A DNA stretch of 63,117 bases, the filler included, from Choristocarpus tenellus KU-1152 (lineage: Eukaryota; Protista; Phaeophyceae): assembly GCA_964200185.2 (NCBI GenBank). It is 10 parts of 10 records of this genome, joined end to end, with 100 filler letters (N's around TTAATTAATTAA, not from the genome) between each part and the next. Parts side by side here need not be neighbours in the genome. Positions count along the whole stretch, not along the records: positions 1 to 4,276 come from CAXNAD020015333.1; positions 4,377 to 7,069 come from CAXNAD020025605.1; positions 7,170 to 10,181 come from CAXNAD020022945.1; 7 more parts are not named here. One strand, given 5' to 3'. The position numbers and the translations under genes are program-made. The notes beneath the pieces were generated by a model. The model saw only the letters and a program-made list of their open reading frames with translations. It searched no databases and had not been told where the DNA came from. This document shows positions 1 to 10,281 of the stretch, in pieces; positions within the stretch are counted from its first letter, which is position 1; every line of letters starts with the position of its first letter.

Positions 1-322
1 CCCCAACGCCCCTCCGCACGACCTCTTCATCGGCCACCCGCCTCGTATCCAAGATACACCACCCTATCAGCTCAAGAGCGTTCCCAAAGACGTCATCGGA
101 AAGGTGGCGCAGCGGTACCGGGCGTCGCACGAGCGCCTCCCTGCTGCGTACCCACTGAGTAAGTCGATTCTCTAGGCGAAGGAGAGTTGATAGCTAATTC
201 TGGTATTCGGTGGCAGTAAAAAAAATCAAGTGGAAGTATTGTACGAGGCAGCATTTGCAGCCTTTAGAAAAAAAAAAGTTTGAAAAATATTGCGTTCTCA
301 TGTGTATTGATCGTCGCATGTA

Positions 323-582
323 GAGTCAAAGTATCTTAGAGGGTAGGGCCGCGTCCATTTGGGGACCAAAATCCAATGTTGCGATTTTGATGTAATTTTC
401 GTCTATCTTATTTGATAGGAAGTGTCAATATTCTTGTTCCGGACACACCTTCTCATAACGTATACATTTTACCTACTCCGAAACACTTTGGAGTAGAAAA
501 ATGTCATTTAAAACCCCATGGGATGCCAAGCCCCAAATGGACAAATAGGGTAAAACTCGTACCCTCTAAGATACTTTCACTC
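323..582 (+). mobile_element. MITE family 1 (~260 bp, 23-bp TIR GAGTCAAAGTATCTTAGAGGGTA)
   Basis: Left end gagtcaaagtatcttagagggta; right end taccctctaagatactttcactc (1 mismatch). Internal sequence is shared with copies at 8679, 18289, 20476 and 41359. Confidence 0.9.
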
Positions 583-699
583 ATATCAGGTAATAAACTG
601 CTGCAAGAGATGAGCTCTCAATGATCAATCAAGCTGAAAGACAGGCAGCTAAGCAAGTAAATAAGTTATCTGTTTCACTTTTCACTCTCCTATACAAAC

Positions 700-1613
700 C
701 TCATCCACTTGCAGGTAGAGCTTCTCAGCATCCCCAAGTCGCCCCTCTCCTTCCATTTTCTGGCCCTGCTCAATGTACAGCACACGTACTTCACCATCGC
801 TCATATAGGAGGAGGCAAGCTTGTGCGCTGCCTCCCATTGATTTCCCTGTTGGCCATGGCATGGTGGTGGGTATGCATGGTTGATTTCTATAACTTAGCC
901 CAGCTGAGAAAGCTATTTCACTCCAGAGCATCGTTGACTTCGAAAAAGAGAGAAGTATCAATACACTAGTTTTATTTTGTTGACGATTGAGGTTAAATGT
1001 GACCTATTGGGACAGACATTATGGTGAAGGGCCGTTGTGATGTTGATGTGTACGCATTTCAATCAGCTAGGCTGTAACATTATCCCCTCAGCAGTGTCCT
1101 TTGTGTTACCAATATTAATGTGAGTCCAAAATCAACAGTCAACAGTCAATATTAAGGTGAGACCATAACGTTGATCGTGAACAGATTTAACATTTGTCCT
1201 AGCAGAATGTTCCTACGAAAAATTCGAGTTGTTTCACACTTCAGATAATGCGACCTCACCTTGGGCACCATTTTTACATTTCAAGATCCAGACCTGTTCC
1301 CATGCTACTTGTCTAGCTAGGTGACGTAGTAAAGAAGTTATTTTTAGACATGCAAGTCTTGACATTCCGTGGAGGTTGCGTTAAATTCATGACAGTTACA
1401 ACTTGGGTCAAGAAGTCATATCCCTACCAGGAGACAACCCACAGGGACACATGGAGCGTTTGGACAAACTGTTGATTCTCAACAACATTCCTCATTGAGA
1501 CCTCTTACTATAAATATACTGCTTGAAAGAATCTTGAGTTCGTTTTTTCGTAAAGCTTGTACTATCTGTAGTTTCATTCACCTTCAACGGAGTATATAGG
1601 TTGGAGGAGACAA

Positions 1614-1669
<56 letters not shown>

Positions 1670-4033
1670 TCGTGTGTATGTGTACCTAACCTACCAGCCC
1701 ATTTCGTTCAAGTTCCATAACCCCCACTGATTCTGACACCAACAGTATTTATCTCTGTGCTTGCTCGTAAGTCCCCTCCTCTTGTAGTTCTTGTTCCATG
1801 ATTGACCTTGTTTTGCTGGCATACCTTGGTGTACATCTCCACTGCCAGTTGTGGTGAGTCCGCCTGTACAAAGAAGCGCTCCGCCTTTGTTTTTTGGGGT
1901 GAACATGAACATGTGAAACGGGGGTAGGGCGGTGGGTGTTGGTACATGTGCCAGAAGGGATGGAAAGTCCAAAGTTGAGCGTGTGATTTTCCTGCACCAT
2001 CCTCTGCACACAGAGTTCAAAATTGCAAGGTGTGGGTACAAAGTAAAATGCAACAGGGGGGGGAGGAGGGGGCTAAGGTAAAGATGAGATCATTTGGGGG
2101 AGAGGGGAAGGACGTTCAGGGCAGAGAGGCAATGGGACACGGACTTGCAAACAAGGGTGATGTGGTAGAATCTGAAGCAAAAACTGCTTGCAAGAGGAGC
2201 CATTGGCTGTTGACTATAGAATGTTCTTGGCACTCTAGAAAGAGCCTGGGAAACACCTGTTTGCAGAGGAAACGTTGGGACATACCTGTTCAGTGCAACT
2301 ACCACTGGTGAGCATGGAGACAAAGCTCTACTGTTCAAGGTGACACATGCTTGAAAGGCGTGACGGTATCTCTTACAGGCAGAAGTGCCATCTACTGAAC
2401 ATCATGTTCGCTGGCTCAATACTTGTATTGTATTGGCACACAACAGCAGTGATGCTATTCACCTCCCCACTCGTCTTTCTCCCCTAGCTTCAAAGTACTA
2501 AGTAAATCTGTCTCTCCATCCCCCCCCCCCTCCCAGACTTATGCCTTATTTCTTTCCCTCTCAAGATTTTGAATGCTATACTCTGCTCTCCCAGTCTCCT
2601 GCTCTGAACCTCGCTCCGGTCCTGTTTCCGTCTCATTTCCCTCCAATTCCATTTTCACCTGAGAGTACTGCTTGACACTCTCATAGTGACGTGCAAGTTT
2701 CCTGTAGTGAGGGCGAGCAGCTTTATGGTCTAAGGTCTCCACCAGCTGGGCTGCCTTGACCCACTGTCTGCTATTCAGGGATGCCTCCACGGCCTTGTCA
2801 TTGGCCCTGGCTTCAATGTAGTGGTTTATTGCCATATCTACCTGTCGTCCAAGTAAACATACATGCACGCACACACACAAACACAAAAACACACAGGGAC
2901 AACAATTCAGTACTTTACCAAATGTTGATAGGGGAAATGAACAATCAGCTTAAACACTCTTATGTCTATCTTTCTACCTACCCTATTCCCATCCCCCCTA
3001 AATCGGCAGTCTTTTTTTTCGTCACATTATATCGGCCTCAAGAGCATTCCCACGTGAAGAAGACTTTGGGATAGGGAGAGTTTTTAGTGTGCCGACTCTA
3101 TATCAGTATCTGGGTGGTGGTTATACAAAACATCGTTGGGGCGGGCGCATTTGGAGCACAAACGCAACAACTGCTGCACTAAGTTCTAGAAGGAGGGGCA
3201 AAGGATGGACAAAGCTCTCGTTTCTTTTCCTCAAATGTAGTAACTGTTTTAGGACATGCTCCAAATAGTGCTATGATACATTTGTCCCTGGCTCTAGCTC
3301 TAGCTCTGGATCAGCCCAGAACCCTTCCATTGTCCCAACCTGTTTCTGGCAGATAAGGTAGTCTCCCCACATCTCCTGCAACCCCACCACCTCTGATGGG
3401 AACGATCGCCTTGCCAGCTCTACCGCCCTTCGGAATGCATTGCCTCTGATGTAGCTGAAAAAGAACAGACCAATATCTTGCATTTGTGAAAAAGTATTCA
3501 GGCGAAATTTTAGGGGTTGTTGTGGGATGGAGTGGGGTGTTGAGCACTGGAGTGAGGTAGGTAGTGGGAGCATAGCCATGCAAAGGCAACCGGTCACTAC
3601 CGTGAATATGGCAAGCATTGTGATGGGTAAAGGAGGCGCAAGATACTAAAGAAATGATGACCCCCAGCACTTTTCATAAAGCTGGTTGTATGTGTTATTA
3701 ATCCACTGCTTAGAAGGATTCAAGATGCTCTCATTCATGAGGGCAGTCTTTAACTAAACTACTTTGTCATCAAATATTCTTCCTTTTGGTCAATTACTCT
3801 CAACCACTCTTTTATACAATTATCCCAACGTGCCTGTCCATAGCCCTCCTGAGTTGATCCATCTCTTCGTAAAATTCCCCTGCTTTGTCGTGCATTCCAG
3901 CAGCAGAGAGGGTAGATGCAACGGTCTCCAGCCACTGTCCCTGATTGGGGACTGACCTCTCCTTCAAGACCCTGCCTGCCTGTGCTGCAACACCCCCCTT
4001 GAGGAAGAGTTTGATGGCCTGCTCATAGTCACC
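700..4033 (-). CDS. IFT172: Intraflagellar transport protein 172 (internal part, 5 exons visible)
   Basis: Exons 4033-3834, 3454-3340, 2841-2659, 1884-1825 and 846-700 splice in phase to [14 protein letters not shown]...[61 protein letters not shown]...QWVKAAQLV...[36 protein letters not shown]...[10 protein letters not shown], which I recognise as the TPR-like region of IFT172. The 5' end lies beyond the gap at 4277; no further 3' exon was recognised within the window. Confidence 0.92.
1617..1668. repeat. (TA)n(TG)n compound microsatellite
   Basis: Read directly; lies in an IFT172 intron. Confidence 0.95.
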
Positions 4034-4276
4034 CTGGGAAGAAATCAACTTCTTAAGGTTAGCATGGAATGGCTAAGGGAAGGCAGAGGGAATCATAGAA
4101 CGTTATTTCATACATTTGAACCTTGGTGCATAACGGCACATACCCCTGCTGGAAAAAACTGTCACATTGAGAGTATTGGACTTGTCAGACGCAACCCTTG
4201 CACAAACATACCCAGTAGGAAGTGGTGGGTAGGGAGGGCAAGGGGTAGGAGTGGGGAAAGGGGGGGGGGGCAGAAA

Positions 4277-4376
4277 NNNNNNNNNNNNNNNNNNNNNNNN
4301 NNNNNNNNNNNNNNNNNNNNTTAATTAATTAANNNNNNNNNNNNNNNNNNNNNNNNNNNNNNNNNNNNNNNNNNNN
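4277..4376. other. Artificial contig linker (44 N + TTAATTAATTAA + 44 N)
   Basis: The same 100-nt spacer recurs at 7070, 10182, 13978, 16981, 38534, 43479, 55910 and 59219. TTAATTAATTAA places stops in all six frames. Confidence 0.97.
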
Positions 4377-4842
4377 GTTGGGGATGGGGTTAAGAGAAGA
4401 AGAAAAAACCTACTTTCTTTTTTTTTTTTGAAGCTTTCTTTCCCCCCCCCCCCCCCCCTCCCCTCCCCTCCCCTCCCATATTTGTCTTATTTTCTATTTT
4501 TGCCCTGCGAGGTTCGTTGCATCGCAACATATATTAAAAAAAAATCCGGTTTAGCGGGTAGTGCAATGTGAATAAGTTAAAAATATAGATAGTATATTTC
4601 AGAATCTGTTACACTGCTACAGTGTTAACCCACTCCGCCTACGTCCAGTTTCTCACCGGGGTGGCAAATGATAATTTTGCAGGTTATTATGTATTCTGCC
4701 CACTAAACACACCCGATTATTTTATTTAAGGCCCCTGTCATGTTGTGTGACTGACTGCGATGACCCCATGCATTAGCCCCTTTTTATTAAAGCTAATTTT
4801 ATTATTTTTTATCTCTTTTTATTTTTTTAACCTCTCTATTAA

Positions 4843-4998
4843 GGTTACAACTTCTGCCAACCGCCTGGTACGTCTGGAGCTACTGCGTTGGGAGAGTGGT
4901 GCCAATGATGGCCACAGGGCATTCAATGGAAGCTACGGAGCCGATGATGCAGAAGAAGCAACCAGTGAGAAAGAGGAGCTGTTCTTGGAAGATCGCAG
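4843..4998 (+). CDS. Possible isolated exon of an unknown gene
   Basis: GC-richer block between a pyrimidine-rich acceptor (ttaag) and the donor cgcag|gtactt, open as VTTSANRLVRLELLRWESGANDGHRAF...ELFLEDRR. No family recognised. Confidence 0.3.
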
Positions 4999-5459
4999 GT
5001 ACTTGTAGTTAGGAGTGGTGTTGGTACTGGACTGCAGGCGTTCTGTGTGTGACTTGAGGTTGTTTTTCCACTGTTCAAGTATATTGACCTTTGTCTGAGA
5101 CATAGTATCAGATGTCAGTTTGGTGAATGTTTATGCTTGTGTTTGGGGCAGAATATTCTTTAATTCCAAACACTTGACATGAGCATTTTATGATTCATGC
5201 ATTATTTTTAACAGGTGTTACGCACGTCTTGACAAACACTATACATACATGCATACATACATGTACATACACCCTTTTTTGTACATTATTATTTTTATTT
5301 TAAATTCAGTATAGGTCGTCTAGGAGCAACATGCACTCCCTCTATCAGAGATGGATATCCTGAGACATCATTTTTCAGTCGTTCACATCAATTACTGTTA
5401 CTATTATTTTATTGCTACAGGTGTTATCTTGATACTCTCCTATTATTAGAAACTTAAAA

Positions 5460-5935
5460 AAAAGCATGTCTGACACGATCTGACACGAAACTGTCATGGT
5501 CTGGTAGCAAAATCCTCTATAGCCACTGTTCTTGTTGAAACCTCCTGCCTTCCTAGCATCCATTGTGGAAATTGGCATCATAACTCATCCAGAAATTGCT
5601 CTGCCAGTTTGCTGAGACTCCTCAAGATCGATTTTCACCTGGAGGGGTGGTTATTTAGGGTGTTATTTTCAAAGAGTGTGAGTAAATGGTTTGGGTGTTT
5701 TCCTCTTGTTCATGGCTGTTTCGCCTTTTCAGATCTGTATCCACAAATAATAGTTAATAATACGCCAATAATAGCAATAATAAGTCGCTTCTATTGTTTG
5801 ATATTCAGGAGCATCCTGGTAACATTTAATCCATCCACGTGCATGAGATCTGAAAGTGAGAAGTTCACAATGGACCCCCTGGGTGTAGCAATGTTTTGTT
5901 ACCTGCCGAATCGTCATCAGTCTATCCGCACATTA
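5460..5935 (+). mobile_element. Highly degenerate Ty1/Copia RNase H remnant
   Basis: Fragments KLSWSGSK, PQIIVNNTPIIAII and SILVTFNPSTCMRSE..KFTMDPLGVAMF occur in the order of the Copia RNase H motifs (isW.Skk / i..DN.sai / i.v.yvpt..maDifTKpL). An AT-rich, tandem-repeat-containing LTR-like tract follows (~6005-6310). Confidence 0.4.
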
Positions 5936-7169
5936 ATAAGTAGTGGTATTATTCTATACACACATTAGTAAGTAGTGGTATTATTCTATACACTCATTAA
6001 TAAGTGTGTTAAGAATATGATTTTCATTCATGTGTAAGAGAAGATTTCGTAGGATAAATAATCAGAACAATCACAAGATAAATAATCAGAATAATCACAA
6101 GATAAATAATCATGTGTTGGATTGTGTTTCGATATTGGGATAGTTGATAGGAAAGTTTTACTGTTGAGTAATCATGAGGATATTATCCGGGTTATTATAG
6201 TACAACACAGAGAACGAGTGGTGTGTTATTTGACTGACGCATGAAGCTTGTAGCAAGTGACACAGATAATGAGTGACGTGTTATTAGAATATGAATGGTA
6301 AGGTGACAACCCCCGTTTGAGCTTTGAAGCTCACTCTCCTTCCTTACACCTTCCTTACTTCATGTACAACCTGTTCTGCATAATAAGGAATTATTTGAGT
6401 TATTTACATACACAAGTCTCGAGAACACCAATTTCTTAAACAAAGTAATAGTAGTATTTTTCGGAACAATAAATAACACTTTCGCAGTTAAAAGTTAAAA
6501 AAAAGTATCTAATGCACTACTATGTTATCCGTGTCATTATTGAGACTATAATAATATATAATAATATATAATAATAATAATAATATTGGTGCATGATTTT
6601 TTTTATTGTAACTGCCAAAGCAAAGTGTCCATCCCCATCATACAGACGTTTCACTTCGCCGGGACTGATGTGAACCAAGATTGGTGTTTGATGATGCGTC
6701 CGTGGTGTGTTTATTCCTCCTGATTACAGTTATCATCCTATACACCTACATGAAGACACTGCACCTACTTTCATTCTCCCCCATGACCCCGTACTTTGAT
6801 GTCTTCGACTGGAACTTTATCAGTGGGTCTGGTTTGGATCCCATGCCACGTCGTTTCTTATTGGCTGAGAATGGGGATCTTGTCAAGGCATGGGCTAGGT
6901 GGACAGTTACTTCTAGCTGGAGAGAGGAAATGGGTGCTGATGATATGCTGGACAAGCCACACACAAGGTGACGACATTATTCATACATAATACGTAAATT
7001 CTCAAAGGCATTTATTTATTCAACTTTTTTTTATTGGAAGTTTGTTGGACTTTTTTTTTGGAGGGGGGGNNNNNNNNNNNNNNNNNNNNNNNNNNNNNNN
7101 NNNNNNNNNNNNNTTAATTAATTAANNNNNNNNNNNNNNNNNNNNNNNNNNNNNNNNNNNNNNNNNNNN

Positions 7170-7241
7170 TACATCGAAATCGCAACATTGGATTTTGGTC
7201 CCCAAATGGACGCGGCTCTACCCTCTAAGATACTTTGGCTC
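7170..7241 (-). mobile_element. MITE family 1, partial copy at contig start
   Basis: ...tggacgcggctctaccctctaagatactttggctc is the reverse complement of the family-1 left end. Confidence 0.88.
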
Positions 7242-8678
7242 ATTGTGTTTTTTTTTTCAGCTTATATCTGGCTGGCACATCCGTTCCTCGTGCTTAACAG
7301 AAGGAGACTTGCCAGTGATCAAGATGACAGGTGACCACAGGGGGAGCAGGCTCTTGCACTTGGTCTAAGAACCATGGAGTGCTGTAATTTCTGTAGAAAC
7401 TTACTTTTTGGAAGCTTCTCTACCGTGTAATTTTTTACCGGGGAGGTGACACTTGCGCTCCTCCCAAACAACCAACTAACGCAACAGATGCGCACTATGA
7501 CAGCGCGCACCGACAGCACATCTAAGCCCGCATTTAACAACTTACTTCTTGTACCCATCCATCATCTCATCTTGATCTTCCTTGCAATCTTTGTCTTGTC
7601 TTGTGGTTTATTTATTGTGTGTGTATATGTATGACGAGTGTGGGAAATGCTTTTCCCACTGACAATGCACCGGTTGGCCTCAACAAGCTGTTGCCTATTG
7701 TTGTTGCCGTACCCTCTTACCCTGCGTCTATAGAGGATCAAACCCACCTATCTGTGCCATCCATACCACCGACTGACTGATGATGCCTGTCCTTGCCACT
7801 GCCTCACATTGTGAATCTCGGGGTGGTTGTTATTTTCCCATCCCTCTCCACTGCCCTCCCCTACCAGGTAACTGCAGCTTACTTTTCCTTGCAGGGAGAG
7901 AGAGGGATAATATATATATATGTAGAGAGAGAGAAGCGAATCATTTATTCAACCTGAGCAATTTGGTGCCTCTCTTCTTCTCTGCTCAGTCACGTCCATG
8001 GTAAGTAGTAGAATTGTTGATGGGTGCCACCTGGGTGACCTGTCCCCCTGCTGACAAGGGATGGGTCCGATATTTTGACTCGAGCATGAGAAGGGCAATC
8101 AAGGACTGCTTAAGACGTAGGACGACTCAGAGCTCTACACTTCTCTTTGTTCCACATATGTACATGCATCCAACGGATGAAAACAAAAAGCGCATCACCA
8201 GCCCGGTTTCTAACTACGCCTAAGTGTTAAGGCACTATCAAGTATATTGATGGAGAGGCAAAGACACTACTTACACCAGGAACTGGAACGCTCTACCGTC
8301 GAACCAGGATTAACTGCAAATCGAAGCACATGAATTATGTTCCAGAATTACAGACTGCACTACTGAATAAAAGGTGGTGCATAGAAGACGAAAACAAGGG
8401 TATTTTTCCTTGTACAACATTATGCGCATCATGCCGTCAACATGCGATGCCACTCAACCTAGGAACATGTAACACACACGGAACAACACATCTGCATCAT
8501 GCCTCCTCCCACAGCAATTTAACCTCGGACCAAATCACGTTGATTGGTGCTACCCAATTCACTCATCGGTCACATTTCCCATGTCCCACGTGCAGCTCAA
8601 CTTAGTCCTCCACAGGAAGGCACAAGCCAAACTTGTAACGCCGTTATCTCCATAAGGTCACTTGTTGTCATTGTAAGC

Positions 8679-8936
8679 GAGTGAAAGTATCTTAGAGGGT
8701 ACGAGTTTTTCTTTGTTTGTCCATTTGGGGGTTGGCTTCCCAACGAGTTTTTAAAGGCATTTTACCTACTCCAAAATGTTTCGGAGTTTGTAAAATGTAT
8801 ACGATACAAAAGGTGTGTCTGGAACAAGGATATTGACATCTCCTAATAAAACGATTGACAAAATTATATCAAAACTGCAACATTGGATTTTGGTCCCCAT
8901 ATGGACGCGGCTCTACCTTCTAAGATACTTTGACTC
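8679..8936 (-). mobile_element. MITE family 1, full copy with 4-bp TSD AAGC
   Basis: aagc|gagtgaaagtatcttagagggt ... taccttctaagatactttgactc|aagc. Confidence 0.92.
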
Positions 8937-9390
8937 AAGCCTATCCATCCATCCACACACACACACACACACACACAACTACTCGTACATGCAAACAAAA
9001 ACATGGACACAGCAGGTGTCCACCCCGTGCGCAAAGTGCCCATTATGCACAATGCACCCGTTTTCCACTTTGGAGTTATTTTTATCTATTGAGCACAAGG
9101 GCCGGTTATACGACGCATACACCAACTTCGTCTTGTAACCCATTTCTCCTGCCTATATCAATTAGAAGTCATCCTTCCTTCAAAACACACACTTGCACAT
9201 TACATGGGTTTATCTTTAGAAGTGTTACTAGTTGAGTAGAGAAAAGGCAGTTTCAGTGAGAAGCTGATGCGACTTCTCAAAAACTACTCTCGTAAGGAGC
9301 AATATTTGTATGCCCATGCAGTATTCTACTACTGTGAACAGTATCACCCCTATGCTAGTAGAGCTAAGTGCCTAACTATACCATTCTACT

Positions 9391-9420
9391 GGTGGTGGTG
9401 GTGGTGGTGGTGGTGGTGGT
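9391..9420. repeat. (GGT)10 microsatellite
   Basis: Read directly. Confidence 0.9.
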
Positions 9421-9808
9421 GCCTTTAGGGTACTATTTTGACTGCTCTCCCCTAAATGGATGTGCCCTCCAACGATAGGAGAAATATGTAGGGTGCCCAG
9501 GGACTCCGTTTGCTTGCTTGTAGGAGGTTCTGAAGGGTCTCAAGAGGTGCGCAAATCAAAGCTTGGGGCCATGAGAAGGATCAGCTGATTTCTTCTCACC
9601 CCTCTCAGAACAAGGAAAATAATCTATGGCATTAATTCGAACTCGGAGACAATTATCATGCCACTAGATGGTGGGTTGGGGAGAGAGAAAGGAAAGGGAC
9701 AGGATATGCAGGAGTGGAGATGGTCCCGGGTCTGGGATGACCGGCCTAGGTTTTCTCCTACCCTTCTTTGACACTGGTGAGGTCTTTTGATCAACGTTCA
9801 CATTATAC

Positions 9809-10181
9809 ACAAGAAATATGAATTAAGCTGTCAAGCAATACATTGCGCTGGTGGACCTTGGACACGTCTTTCTTTCTAGGAATTGGACCTTGGTACTGAT
9901 GCTGGTATTTTTTGCACAGTTGAATGATACACCTGATGTCTAAACCTTGTTTGAGTCACAGGGTCGAAAATGGACGCCGGCACCCCCCCCCCCTCAGATA
10001 CTTTGACCCACAAGAAATATGAATTAAGCTGTCAAGCAATACATTGCGCTGGCGGACCTTGGACACGTTTTCCTTTCTAGGAATTGGACCGTGGTACTGA
10101 TGCTAGTATTTTCTGCTCAATGGAATGATACACCTGATGTCTAAACCTTGTTTGAGTCACCGGGTCAAAGTATCTGGGGGG
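9809..10181 (+). repeat. Tandem duplication (period 201 bp): 152-bp segment plus MITE family 2 sequence
   Basis: 9809-9960 closely matches 10010-10161. Each is followed by gggtc...; 9961-10009 is an internally deleted element ending agatactttgaccc, and 10162-10181 is an intact left TIR running into the gap. Confidence 0.88.
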
Positions 10182-10281
10182 NNNNNNNNNNNNNNNNNNN
10201 NNNNNNNNNNNNNNNNNNNNNNNNNTTAATTAATTAANNNNNNNNNNNNNNNNNNNNNNNNNNNNNNNNNNNNNNNNNNNN

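Noticed and set aside
1-175. GC-rich open + strand frame (PHDLFIGHPPRIQDTPPYQLKSVPKDV...) at the window start
   Set aside because: Truncated by the window edge with no recognisable motif; it may be a TE fragment within an IFT172 intron, but this cannot be supported.
4321-4332. TTAATTAATTAA palindrome repeated nine times through the window
   Set aside because: Always centred in an identical N block. It is an artificial six-frame-stop contig spacer, not biology, and ORFs ending in it are artefacts.
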